Shown: positions 36,667-50,600 of the stretch, piece by piece | Layout: each line of letters opens with the position of its first letter | Numbering within the stretch: position 1 is the first letter of the stretch | Origin: Prorocentrum cordatum | Lineage: Eukaryota | NCBI GenBank assembly: GCA_963575745.1 | Contig: CAUYUJ010000216.1 | Location: forward strand, 1 to 64,000 | Length of the DNA: 64,000 bases | Reading direction: 5' to 3' | The notes under the pieces: model-generated | The model's input: only the letters and a program-made list of their open reading frames with translations | The model's database searches: none | What the model was told of the DNA's origin: nothing | Translations under genes and position numbers: made by a program

Positions 36667-39600
36667 GCACAACTATGGTACGACGACCTGTATGACTACC
36701 GACACAATAAAATGTCGGTGGACACACCAACTGCGATCCGAAAATATGACGACACTGTTAAGCAGTCATCAAAGACAGTGCAGACGAGGACAACGACAAT
36801 GCAAGTCGACCCACCACGCTCGACTGCTGCATTGACACGGTCTCGGGTTCTCGACAGTGTTTCTGTTCATCATATTCAGGGAAAACATGAACTAACGCAG
36901 ACCGAATCGGATCGCATATCTATTCGCGAAGAGCATATTCTGGAAACCGCCAATGGTGATCGTACTGTCAACGAGCACTATGACATACGGCTACCCGAGG
37001 TTGGCTTACACAGTTCAGCCCTTGCCTTGCCAGACTGTCCATCTTTACTATCAGTTGGGAAATTGATCGAGGTTGATGGTTTTCGGCAGCTTTGGGATCC
37101 TGGGCTGGGCTACTTGCTTCAGGATCCGGGTGGCCAATGGTATAAGATTCCAGTCAACAATAGAGTTCCAGAATTACGACTCGCCGACTTGACACTGATA
37201 CCACCACCACGTTTATGCACTTCGTCAGCACCCCGACGTCGTCAGCGCAAGCGTTCATCCGCCCGCTGCAACGACATTTGTTGGTGCTACAAAATTATAG
37301 AGCAGTCAACCACTGCAGAAGAGCTACGGCCCCACATAGGGGCCTGCCCCAAGAGACCACATGTCGGAGAGGGAGGAGGAGCACGGACCACCACGGTCGA
37401 AGAACCTCCCGACACAAACACAGACGAGCCTAACGTGGACACACCCACCGACTCGCCTACGTCTCAGACGCAGCGTCCTCCTCCACAATGCGGGGGGCTA
37501 GTAGATATGCTTCAAGCAAACGACATACCGACAGAGACGTCCACACGAATGCATTAAAGAGACGTCCACACGTCCACAGAGACGTCCGACAATGATCGAG
37601 TTCTCCCCAACAGACGGAAGAAACCGATCGACTCGATGCATTACATGACTCACAGCCCAAAACTCCCTGACTGTGAGATCTGTTCTCGCACGATGGCGCA
37701 GAATGCCCCGTGTAGACGACAGCGCAAACCACATCCACCGGCAGACCCCGCCGACGAGGATAACGCCTGCGAGGCTTTTGTCCCGAAGAAGTTTGGTGAG
37801 GCTTTAACTGCCGACCATATCGTCCTGGCCAAAGACGATGCCGCGGACAAACACGGCGACAAGTATGCACTTGTTGTCCTAGACAGATACACCGGCATCT
37901 TCATGGCCTACCCAGCACTACACAAAGACCCAGCTACCACAAAGGCATCCTTTCAACAGTTCACCGCCGCGAACGATGAGGTGAAGCATATCTATACAGA
38001 CAATTCTGGAGAGCTTCAGAAAGCTTGCCGCCAACTGGGATGGAGACACGACACGAGTACGCCACATCGTCCGCAAACGAATGGATTGATTGAGCGCGTC
38101 GTCAAAATTGTCATTCTCGGTGCGAGAGCTGTGTTACATATGTCTGGTCTGGGACACGAATGGTGGAAAGAGGACATGCAAGCCTTTTGCTGTGGACAAA
38201 ATTTTTTTGCATGCATCCGCGGGCGTGGCTGCCCTCAATGAGGAGCATGCAGATAAGACAGCTCATGACATGCGCTTTGGTGAAAGCTTCCCCGGGCACT
38301 GCATGCCATTCGGTGCTCGAATCTTCTGGAAATGCCTCAACCCCGAGATTAACAATGAGACTGCAAAGTTTAAAGAAAATGCTCGGGAAGGGTTATTCAT
38401 GGGTTACCACTTACATTCTGGTGGACGATGGTCAGGTGACTATCTTGTTTTGGATACGGCTACATACGTCAAGAACCCTGATGGTGAACTGTGCCGCGTG
38501 CACAGAATCAAAGACATCATCATCCCTGATGGCAAGTTCACCTACCCAGTGAAAGAAGGTACTCTACGACATTATAACCCTGAGGCACACGACGAGGTCA
38601 AGGCATCCACTTCTCGCCCCTTGGGTGATAAACCAATGCCCGATCCTCCACTTTCCTACCCTACGGAATGGGATGACCCATCTATGCTGACAACGGAGGA
38701 CAACGGCGCTGATATCCAAACATCGGCCTCTGAAGTTGCTGCACCAGCGCCGGGGCCCGACTACTGGGAACAGCGCGGATATTGCGTCATCAGACATATT
38801 CGTACCCCACGCAAGAAACTGTTCATCCCGACGGACGACGTCATGAACATGCCTGTACCTGTTGATCAACTCGATGTGACACGAGATTTCAAGACAACTT
38901 CTACTTTTGAAGGAGAAAGTGACTTTCGAGATGTTTGGGATGATGTTAGCGCCAACGACCACAGGGAGTTAAGCGAGCCGTGGACAGGCACGATTCAATT
39001 CTATGAGCTTCCAAAAATGACGCCAGACGGCCACATGGTGGTTCGCGGACGCGAGACGCGTATACAGACTACTAAACGTCCTGATCACATTCTTCCCGAG
39101 CATTGGAAAACACTCTCTCGTGGACAACAAATGAAGGAAATCGACTACGCCAACGACGTTAAACGGGCTCGTGAGATTCGTGACCGAGCTGCACTAAGAG
39201 TGTGGACAAGACAGGACAAACAGGTCAACAATTTCCGTGCCACTACATCTGGCGGACCCACATGGAATACTGTGGAACGACGGATTACATACGACACTGA
39301 CAATGGCGCCGTCATCCGTGATGAAAATGTCAAAGGCGTGACAAACAAAGAAATACTGCATGCCAAATTACCTGGTGGGCCACGTGACATTACTACGGTA
39401 CTGTACTACCGCCAATCACCACAACAGCACGATGGAGAAGAACGTGCTGTGGTACTTGTGGATAGTGAAGGAACCGACTTTGGGACCATGAACCCGCTCA
39501 TACGCCAGTTCGCCCAGTCGGTAGCAAGACCAACTATGCCACGTGAGACCACCTACATACTGGCACACAGGGATAAAATACCTGATTCCTCATGGTCACG

Positions 39601-41820
39601 CCCGGCACTAGTCACCAGAAACCTGAGTAGGAAAGAGGTTGCCGCATAACCACGTGCATAAGAAGCCCTACGAAAAGAATACGAGAGATTGGAACAGAAA
39701 CAAACGTGGATGTTGGAGACTGTTGCAGAAGAAGCTGATATTGAGTCACAAGCTATCCGCACTGGGACGAAAGTTCATTTCTTCAATATCTTAGAGTTAT
39801 CTTCAGTCAAACACGAGGAACTTCCACCTGATCTACGTAAATTCAAAGGCAGAGTGGTGGTTCAGGGCAATACAGGCAAAGATACAACTGGCTTGGCCGC
39901 AATATTCGCCGACGCCGCTTCCAGCGCTTCACATATTGAGGCTTCCAAACTTTGCGATGCTACTGCATTATTGCCACAATATGCGGGAGAACAAAGTGAT
40001 GCACCTGGAGCCTACACACACGCATTATTATACGGCGACGGACGAATCGATCCAGTTGATACTTGGATTACCATCCCTAAGTGGCGACAACCGACATCAT
40101 GGTCAAAATGCAAAAATCCAGTGAGCCGATTGCGATTGGCTCTATACGGACACCCTCTCGCAGGTGTCTTTTGGGAACGAAAATGCCGTACATGCTTAGA
40201 AAGCGTTGGTTTCGAGCCTATCTCAGGCTGGGAATGTGTATGGAGACACAACAAACTGGGACTGATATTTTCAGTATATGTGGATGACTTTAAATTAGCC
40301 GGCCCAGCTCACAATCTACAGACTGGCTGGGATTATATTCGCAAAAGCGGTATTGACTTGGATCCACCTACTCCATACTCACAATATCTTGGCTGTGGAC
40401 AACAGGCATATGAGGTACCGCAGACTATCTTCGACAAAAGAATGTCTACCATACGCCCTATGTTGCCCGTACACAATGAGGAAGATTACAACGCGGCCAA
40501 ACAAGTTCGTGGAATTCGACATGATATGCTTGGTTTTACCGATCAGTGCGTTGAGCGGTACCTGGAATGCGCCTCCAAGCGCGTCCAGGGACCAGGGTCA
40601 CGTCGGAAACGATCCGACTCGCCGAGGACTTCGCGACCCAAATCGCCTGCATCCTCCAGGTCGGTTGCCAGACCCACTAGTGTGCTCAATGCACGGCCGC
40701 GGTCATCCAGCCCAGCAAAATCGGTCGACACGACATCTACCACGACAGATCCCATACCCGTCACATACGATGATCTACCTGACGCCGAAACTCCTGACAT
40801 CGAGGACACCTCCTTCACTGATTCCGACTATTCCGACGAGGGCATCCTTGGCCAAGACGCGGCGAGTGTACTAATGAAGATCCTATACCTGGCACGTTGT
40901 TGTCGTTTCGATCTTCTACATCAAGTATGTATGCTGGCCAGAGAAATTACCAAATGGAATACTACGTGTGATAAACGTCTACATCGGTTGATATGCTACA
41001 TCAAAACGACGCGTGCACATTGTTTGCACGGATGGATAGGTGATTCGTCAGACAAGTTACCCATCATGCCCTTCACTGACGCCTCGTTCGCTGATTGCAT
41101 TACATCATCCAAATCCACTACCGGCGTTTTCGCCGCGCTTGTTGGACCCAATACGTTCTTTCCAGTCAACGCTGTATGTAAGAAACAAACGGTTGTCTCA
41201 CATTCATCTACTGAATCCGAGATCGTTGCTCTTGACTCAGCACTACGACTGGAAGGGTTACCGCTACTCTCATTCTGGGAAGCCGTGGTGGGAGTTGCCA
41301 AAACATGCAAAGATAAGAATACATGCCTGAGCTGCCATCGACACGCCGACCCGGCGATGTGTCCGACATTGGCAGCCAAAAAGAAGCGTAAGCCATCGCC
41401 TCGCAAGGCACCCCCTACACGGGGATCTTCTCCTAGCCGTAGGCAACTACCGCTAAATACGGAATTACCTACGCCTCCAAAGAGACGTACAATATCCCAT
41501 GAGGGTACAGTATTGCACGTGGATCCAGAACCAGTTCAGGAGATTTGTTCTCCCAAAGTGCGTCTTATCGTCCTCGAGGATAACCAGGCCGTGATCAAAA
41601 TTGTCCAAAAAGGACGTGCACCAGCACTTCGTCATCTTCATCGTACTCATCGTATCAACCTGGATTGGATATGCGAGACGTGCCAACTCGAGCATATCGA
41701 GCTCAAATACGTAGGCACAAAGGAGCAGATCGCAGATATGATGACCAAACATTTCGAGACGAAGAAAGCAGACCTTTGGAAGGATCTCTTGGAACACTCG
41801 CTCATCTTTCCCGCTACCCC
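36667..41820 (+). pseudogene. pol: Copia Pol (protease, integrase, RT, RNase H), disrupted
   Basis: PR: VLDSVS..H, ETANG, LLSVGKL. IN: HYMTH..CEIC, TADH, YTDNSGE, NGLIER. RT: KFKGRVVVQG, QSDAPGAY, LYGHP, VYVDDF. RH: FTDASFA, SSTESE, LEDNQA, IADMMTK. Stops at 37555, 39647 and 39659; frameshift ~38220. Confidence 0.95.
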
Positions 41821-43469
41821 GATACAGTGTCCTCCAAAGAAACCCTGGAAACCACTGCGAGGGCCTCGGAGGCCCGATGGTTTACCTCGCGTTGCGGAAC
41901 CTCCAAAACTGGATGGATGCCCAGAAGTATGCAGAATATCACTGACAGAAAAAGAAAGATGGGGCGAAGTAGGATCAGAATGTGGATTTCGGTGTGTTGG
42001 GCAATCCAATCACGAGGGAATACGCGCATGCATGTACCACATTGGCGCACCGGCCGCAGCTATTGCGTCGCGCACACCTCGTTCACGAACACGTTTCCCG
42101 CACGGTAGACATCCCCGCCATCCTCCCTCGCCTCCACAACATGCAGAGAGATTTAGAACATTACTTATACGTTCATGCCGCAGCAATTTTACGACTCGAG
42201 CTACAAAGCTTACAGGCATTATGTTCGCCACGTGCGAGGCGAAAATAAGCGAGATCGGTTCTAATCCCGATACCCCCATCCACGAGATGGATCAGGCACA
42301 GCCGCTGAACCTCATCGGCTGGCCCATCGGCCACGACGTTGGGTACGACTCGAACGCCAAGGACGACGACCGCGTGGGCTTCACGTACCACGCTCAAACT
42401 GGCCGTCTTCGTGATCCTGATGATGGTTACATATACATACATCAACGGCGTGCTGATCGCAGTGGAGAGTTTGATCTCCGCGTACCCGACGAATCCACTG
42501 TTCGAGAAATTACCCGCTCTGCGTCCGCCGACGTCAAGAGTTGGATCAATGACACGAATGGATCAGTCGGCGGCGACGCCAACTATGACTACAGCACGTT
42601 TACGGCTACACCGTGGCTGTCACTCATGCGGGCTATGTGTATGCTTTCCAGTCTCTTCAATCGTAATCCGTCTGTGCAAGAAAGTGTTCGTGGTTTACAT
42701 GATCATTTGAACGCGGTGATCCCAGGAACGCACCGCAAGTGCCCACCAGAGAACTTTACGACGATGATATTGAAAACGGAGTGGATGATGATTCGCAACG
42801 ATTGGTCCAAGATTGGCAGTGCAGTACTGGGACAGTATGCCGAGGACAGCGTTATACTATTCAAATGGTCTTTGTGCACCATCCGATGTATACAGCAATG
42901 GATTGATAACTCCATGCTATGCTCCTAAACTTGATCGTACAACGGCCAAGTTACCTACACGCCCACCTGGCGTAGCCAGGACATCAGATACATCTGGACA
43001 CACCGGCCACATTGTTCAGGATAATTTGGTCACCAACATGAGAGCATTTTCCGACCTTAACAAAACGAGCAAATTTCGCCGCAAGTTCACCACATGGTTG
43101 ACGGCGCGCGGAGGCTTTGGAGGTATCGGATCATACTCCAAGACGGTGGCAACACCATCCGATCATCCAGAAGGCTGGGTGGCAATATCAGAGCATGACG
43201 GGGATATGACAAGTACCTATCGCTGGCAACCATACAACGAGGGCAACGACTTCTTTGGCGAAGCCGCTGACCAGATCGACCCTGGTCTTACCCCTGGCCC
43301 TGATGTTGACCCACTCGAGCTGGACCAAGCAACGTGCAGCGCTTTCTGTGGTGGTCGTTTGGTTTCTACTCTTCTTTCAGATAATGGGTGGTGTTCCCTC
43401 GTACAAGAAGACTTGGGACTACTCTTGCATCATGCATTTGGCCCATCAGGGCACGCATGCAAATTGGCC

Positions 43470-44520
43470 AACTTATATACCGACTCAACGTGGATTATGC
43501 AGGCCAAGAAAGGGGCCAAGAGTGCAAAACACAAGAAGTACCAAACTTACGGCATCGACGAGCTCAACACTGCACAGAAGCGAGAAGATCTCGCCAAGGC
43601 ATCAAACGTTGCTCTCGTACCGCTATTTATGCCGTGCCTCAACCGCGCGGAATGCATGGGCGGCGCTACTCTCGAGCATTTGTCGACCATGATCCGCGAC
43701 GACATCATGATGTGGGCATTCTCCTTTGGCAATTATAAAGAATGGTTCAGACAGAACGACGCGCCGATCGGCCAAGATTGCGTTCGATTGCCAGAGGCTG
43801 GTGGAGACACCCGCTATGGTATGGAGGAGCTGCGTAACCAGCGTTTCGATACACAGGAAGCCCGTACCACAGCTATTCTCAACAACCAGTTTGAGTGCAC
43901 CCTCGAGCAGCGCAACATGATCAAGATGATCCGCGAAGCCAGAGGCCTCATGTTACACAGCGACAATGCCTCCATCAAAAAGTGGCGCGAGTTAAACGAG
44001 ACTATCTGGAGCTACTGGGCCAATGATTTTCCAGCATTTGTGAAACAAAGACATTATTGCAGGGGCCTCAATGCCATGGTGGTATGGAGCGCGAATGACA
44101 TCGCATGCGCCAACCACGGACAGAACACCGTGGACATGCGTCGACATCAAATTCGTGCACCTACTGACGTATACGAGCTCCAGAAAATGGAATGTGAGGG
44201 TGGCGTCCCGACGCTCATGCCAGTACACGTACACGTGGACGTATCACGTTTTGTCGATGTGATGCAGTACTTCCGCTGTCCCACAGTCATGGGGCCTGGC
44301 AAAGCAGCACAATGGGGCGTACACCCGAACTTTGATCACCACACGAACGACCTGATCAATATTATGCAAAATCGTGGTACCACTGTTCTTCCATCAGATC
44401 ACTGGGTTGGAGCGTACGATAGGATTACCCCGCAGGCTTGGCATGCAAAACAGAACAACCATAACATGGCGATGTTTACAACACAGTTCTGCGACGCAGT
44501 ATGCTATCGTAACTTTTGCG
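43470..44520 (+). CDS. SGNH/GDSL hydrolase-like domain within the Copia accessory region
   Basis: Block-like motifs in order: LYTDST (43473), MGGATL, VVWSANDI (~44080), VMGPG, AWH (44442). The block V Asp is not evident. Confidence 0.45.
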
Positions 44521-45839
44521 CTTTGATTCAGTCACTGCCCTCTCAACCATATCCATTCAGGGCGCCATTACTGATTCCTGTCACGGATGAGCAGGCCTAC
44601 GCACAGGCCAAAGAGATCATGGCTGCTCTCGACTTCAGAGAAAAGATGACAAACGAATGGAAAAGAGATCTCAGCCTCACGACGCTAATGACACAGACGG
44701 CAAGCGAAATGGCTCATTGTGCGTGGATGGCATCATGTGCCGATGGTACGTTGCTGGCATCACTGCCTGCTGACGCAGGCGACACAACGGAACCTATTCC
44801 TGGAATGCCGAAACGGACACCAGCACCTGATCCTAGCGAGCCAGACAAGGCTATCCCTGAAAATGATCCATGGGGTGTAGCATACGACGACTTATTCCAG
44901 TACCTCATGATGTTGATCAACGACTACCCTGGGGCTTGGGCATCCTGGCATTCAGTCGAGAAACAAGAGCTCCTCCACCCCAAGATCATTAAAACGGTTG
45001 AAGATGCACATGCAGTTACTTGGGTTGTGTTCGAGCAGTTTTTACAACAGATTACTGACTTGGATGGCGATGATAACGCGACCAAATCACGACTCAATGC
45101 GGAAAACAACAGGTTGACTTCTCACTGTATCGGCCCTGCTGCCGAGAACGAGCGGACCATCATAGCATGCAAAACATTCTTCAGGCAGAATGCACTAGAT
45201 CGCGTGGCATTGGGATATGATCCTGATGTTCCGACGTCCGTGTGGCGCGCGGCGGCTGATACAGAACAGCCAGCCCCACCAGGCCCATTGCCTGAACCAC
45301 TGCAGCCTGGACCGCAATTGATAGACGTGCCACAGTCATCGACTCCTGGACCAACAGCAGACCAGCAGCCAGCAGATCAGCTCCCAAAAGCTGAGGCGGT
45401 ACCGATCCCTGACGACGGCACTGACCTAGAGGCCATGGAGCTGGAGGCAACTCCTGCCGAAGAGGAATCTTCTCCACATGAGATGAATTTATTATCATGG
45501 CAGGACAGCTGCGAGCGTTCCATGTATGAGGACATCAGCCAGGCCGGGATGTTCGATAACGCATGCACTATTCGAGAGTGGAAGCTGCAAGCGGGCATCA
45601 AGGACGACCATCCATACGTATGTCCATTATTGCGGGGTACATCCGCGATCAATGGATTCGCCTGCCTGGAAAACAATGACTGGTACGAGCAACTGTTACA
45701 CGATGATTGTGTGATTGCTCACGCGCCTGACATTGCACAGTCTGGTTGCTTTCCAGAATGGAGGTGGATATCGTTACCAAATTACGACGACGTACGTTAT
45801 GGTCCCGAGTTACTTGATGATGAATGGCTGGGAGCAACC

Positions 45840-46670
45840 AAATACATGAGCAAAGACATCACGACCATGTTCCGCCACGAGATTCACTACAAAAAGTTCT
45901 ATATCAATCAATTTCACGATAGACGTATCAACATTTGGACGAAAACAACAGATCGTGAATGGAAGATTCCAAGCAATTGGAAACCCTTTCAGGAAATGGT
46001 TCAATGGAAATTCAAAGATCGCAATAACCACAACGGGCCGTCCATGGACGCGGCCGTGTCACACTTCAAGAAAGATGGTGAGAATGATGGATATGCCGAT
46101 TGGAACGATTATTACCCGATCTTCATCATTCGTGCGTTCGAGAAACATATTGATCCGCAGAAAATAGAATTGAGATATACGCCAAACCAATCCCCGAGGG
46201 AGGTGACCCCAGCTGTTTCGATTGGAACAGCGTCATTGCCATACGATGTGTTGGGGGTCACAGTTGCGTTAATCCACTTTCCAAACCATGGAATATGGGC
46301 TGGGAGAGCCTACAATGGACAGACGTGAAATACCTCCACCACGGCACAGCAGCCCGTGCTTGGCGCAACATCTTGAAGACAGGGATCATTCCAGGCTACG
46401 TTGATCCATCTTCTCAGAGAGACAAGCATCATAAACCATCACAGCGCACGGAGGCATTCTTCAGTTCCAGCACATATCTAGACAATGTCCAGAATAATCC
46501 CCACACCTCAGTAGAGTCATATAAGTTCTATCACTACAAGAGGCCGAGCTAGTGATCAATATGGAGATCGCCACAAAAGCAGGTTGCAGATTTTGGCTGG
46601 GCGCTCAAGGCGCTATCATGACAGAGGACGTGGTTCCAGCTGCGGCAGTTATTGCAATTCGCCGCCTCAA
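45840..46670 (+). pseudogene. TPT1: Tpt1/KptA-like NAD-dependent RNA 2'-phosphotransferase domain (two frameshifts)
   Basis: N-lobe: SKDITTMFRH and IIRA. C-lobe: YLHHGT..AWRNILKTGI..R.EAFFS and INMEIATKAGCRFWLGAQGAIMTEDVVP. These follow the Tpt1/KptA motif order. Confidence 0.75.
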
Positions 46671-49600
46671 ACCACATCACATGCACGGCCAGCAGATATG
46701 GCCAGACGGCGCCACATGGGATTACCCGCCATTGGCCGCGAGACCGCCATTGAGCAAATACGAGATTTGCGCCTATCTTCCTGGAGAGTTCGTCGAAGAC
46801 CCTCCTGGGATTGCACCTGCTGGCACGGATCAGAACATGGAGCAGCCAAGGACAACGTCAGCATCAGCACCTTCGGCTCAGCTGGGGGCAACCCCTGCTA
46901 GCCGTATATCTGGAGCCGATGCCTTGGATGAGCAAGTGGTCCGTGCTATGATTGCGGACACCAATCACAAAGCAGATGATACAGAATGGTTAATTGCCCT
47001 GTCATACTGCCGAGAAGCTCTTCGACCTATTACATCAAATATTACACAAAAAGATTGGGGTCGTCGGCCTGCATTTAATGATGTTCGCATGGGGGACTTC
47101 ATTATCATTAAGAATTGGGGGTCTATCAATTGTTATCATTACGACAACCACTACCCCAAAGGCAATCACAATACCAAGGTCCCCATGAATAAGGGCCACA
47201 TATATGGCCCAATCATTCATTTCGGAGTCTTTGACAAGTTCTTCGCGGTACAGATACCTATTCTCAACTACGGTTTACGATGGGTAAACATATGGTACAC
47301 TGACAAAAGCATGCCTCTCAAGGGCGTTGTCTTTGCATCACCAATTCGTATCGGCGAACATGCCATTGACCCGACATATATGAATACTGTCCTGGAGGGA
47401 CCATCCTCATGCCGTGACAAAATACTTCAGCACAAAACTGATGGCAGTCTGCCATATCTTGGTATGCCGAGCATTTATAGGCCACGCATTCCACGTACAC
47501 CGACTAGACAGCCCGCTCCTCGGGCACCCGATCCCGAAGAGCTGGTGGCCACACCTGCTGAAGATGCCGCTCCTACGGACGATGGACCTCAACAAACTGC
47601 AGGCTCATCTGATGAACCTTTGGATGCCGTTGTCGTGGATATATCAAACATATCGCCCACCGCTGAAGAAAAAGCAGCAAATGACAATATGAGAACAGAT
47701 CTATCAGCAGAGATCCAAGCAGACGAGCACGTTGATGCGAGCATACCCGACAACGTTTTTGACCCGCCAGAAGACTTCCTCAACCACTCAGACTACGACC
47801 CAGAGGAGGATTCAAGGTGGGTTAAACAGTCATACGACCGCCGCATATACCGCTGGACGTCGGAGTTTGTTGGTGGCTTCACCTGTGATAAAGATGAAAC
47901 AAATCATTGAGGTACACACTGGCGCGGACAGAATTGTGGTTGATAAAACACAATCGCACTTACGATTTGAGATTCAATTTGGATCCAAAGCATGGAATAC
48001 AGAGAAATACTATTTGAATTATGATCACACCTACAAATTGGCACGCGACTTGCCAATTTGCAGTGCAGGCCGCTTTTTCAAAAAGTTGGTACACTACCTG
48101 GACCCAGAGACCATCGAGGAGTCGACTACAGGCGTCTTTCAATGGATCTCCAAAGTATACCAAAACATATTGATGGACAGTATTGCGGAGCTTCGTGACT
48201 TCACAAAAGATGACATCCATCAGAAACATCCTGCACTCCAAACGTTGCGTGATCTATTTAAACATTGCATCGACACATTCGGTAATCCAGACTTCCCCGT
48301 ATGGAAGGAACTGGTGGAAACACCTGCCGCGCCACGTGACCCAGGCGCGGAGCAGGATATTCCCCAGGCCCCAGGCAGCGTTGCATCCGCAGCTCCTGAC
48401 CAAGAAACCATGGTACGGATCATAGCCGAGCAGACGGGAGTCAACCGCGAGGAGGGCGACAACGAGTCCGCCTTGCAAGAGAAGGCTCGCCGTCTCCGTA
48501 CTGAAAACGTAGGCCATGGTGATACCGAGGATGCGGACAACGACACAACAGAGCACATAGGACTGCCAGGGGAAAGATTGTCTAGGATCGAGATCGAGGG
48601 ATTGAGTAGATCAATCGCTTCCCGACCGAATGCCGAGATCAACCGCGCAGCCATGGATCAGATCGGCCGTAGTCTTGCTCGTGGTCAGGATACTCGCTGG
48701 GGATCTCGCGAGCACCTCGCGACGGAGGGAGCCCCAGAAACGATCCTGCATGATATCGCGCGATGTCGGAATTGCGGTCGAGACTTATCCCTTGGGATCG
48801 TCACAGGTGATGGTGCCCTTTGTGACAGCTGTTGGCAGTACACCGTGGCCGTAGGTGCTACGGGTAAAAGTACCGCCGTCCAGAGCGACCTAGCATACCT
48901 CCACAAGCTGACCAACTGGATCAAGATGACGCTCTCCCAGGATGACATCACGAGGTACATGAGAGACGGAGCGCAAGTCATTATGACGGGCGCGCGCTCA
49001 TTCCCAGGTAATGAGAAAGATTCGCTGAGGAGAATGGCTAATGTGTCTAGGAAGAGGTATCAGAAGTGGGTCGACTCTGGTCGCCCTCCTGCACACGAGC
49101 GCAGACTGATGGGCGAGGCTGGTGACGACAGACCTCTGTACTACCCATATGCCAATCTCGTTCAGCGCTTTCTCAACGATTTGAAGTTCCACCACCAAAT
49201 GACAGGCGCTCGCGTGAACGTGGGCAAGAAAGCCTGGAACGTGGACGACATGCGTGATGCATGCACGATCCTCGATGCCAGCATCAGGACAGGACAAGCT
49301 GGTCGGAAGAAATGGTGACTGAACGAGGGCAGACCCGACAGGCAAACGCGGCAGGCTCTCGGACTTGTCACGATTCGATTGCCCTCCCTAGAAGGGATGG
49401 CACCCGTGAGAAAGTCACGCAGCGCAAGCTTGCTGCGATTGCTAACGAATTGTTGGGCTCCCTCGATCCGTCACATACCGACCAGAGGGGGGTTGATTCA
49501 GGGATGAGAACCGATCTGATCGAACCTGATACACACTCCCATCAGTCTGATGGTGCCATGGAGCCGCGCCATCCGCCGCCGCCGCCGCGCCCTGCCCCCG

Positions 49601-50600
49601 GCGATGCTGCACAGCCCAGCGCCTCTGGCGCGGCGGACCACATGCCCGCGGGGCCGCGCGCCAAGAGAGCGCGTACCGCAGATTACGCCGCCTACTGGCG
49701 CGACGACCTTGAGGACAGTCATTGGGGTCTCAGGTATTGGAGCTACTACATCAACTGTTGGATCTACATCGCGATGAACAACGACGAGTTCGTATACATC
49801 CACGACGTCCAGTACAACGATTGGTTTCGTCACTGGATCCCGAGGACATATTGGGATACGTTCGCGACGAGCTACGTGACGCACGATGGCCAGAGGATGC
49901 GGGGCCGCAGGTTCTACAATAACGGCAACGCGTAGAGAGTCGGCCGCAAGGCCCACCGCTCAAAGGCTGGAACTTCATTATAATTCAAGTTCGCCTTGAG
50001 CGGTGGCTATTACATACTTCTAGGCCACTTCACTATACAACACAAGTGGCCACATATACAAACATCTTTTGCGATAACCGAGGCAGCCTCCTAAGGAGCA
50101 ACGCCAACGGGGGTCGCCAAATAGAATTTATATACATGCAGCTTTCGTGTTTATCAACGCGACATTTCGTCTGGCCAGACATTTGCTTTTACATGTAGTT
50201 GCGTTCCGTGGCACGATCGTGTTCATCAACGCGATCTTAGCATGCATATTCATTGCAGTATAACTACATTGCGCTGAGAATAATCTGACAGCTGGTGGCA
50301 ACACCTGCCTCGCAAAGGCGAGGCAGATTACAAGTTGCTTTATTGCTCAGATCTTCTTTCTCCGCCCACCCTTGTCTCATTCTTCTCCGCCCTCGAGTGC
50401 CGGGGCGTTTTGGGGGGCGCACCGAGGGGGCACCAAAGCGTGCTTGGCGAAGATATCGGGGCCCAGGGTGTTCCTTCTTACCTTACTTTGCAGCTGAGGC
50501 TCTACTGAATTTAAGCTCAGCTGCCTGCAGACCTAAGGATTAAAGGAGTAAAAGGGTGACGGATTCTTTTCCTCTGTTCCCGAGTCCTACCCTCGCGGGC

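Larger units (their letters stand above)
41821..49935 (+). pseudogene. Accessory coding region downstream of, and initially in frame with, Pol (~2700 codons, frameshifted)
   Basis: Overlapping sense ORFs 39689-42928, 42813-46328, 46295-46552, 46552-47910, 47732-49318 and 49261-49935 tile the region without gaps. Confidence 0.85.

Noticed and set aside
41821..49935. env gene in the Copia accessory region
   Set aside because: No evident signal peptide or transmembrane segment in these ORFs.
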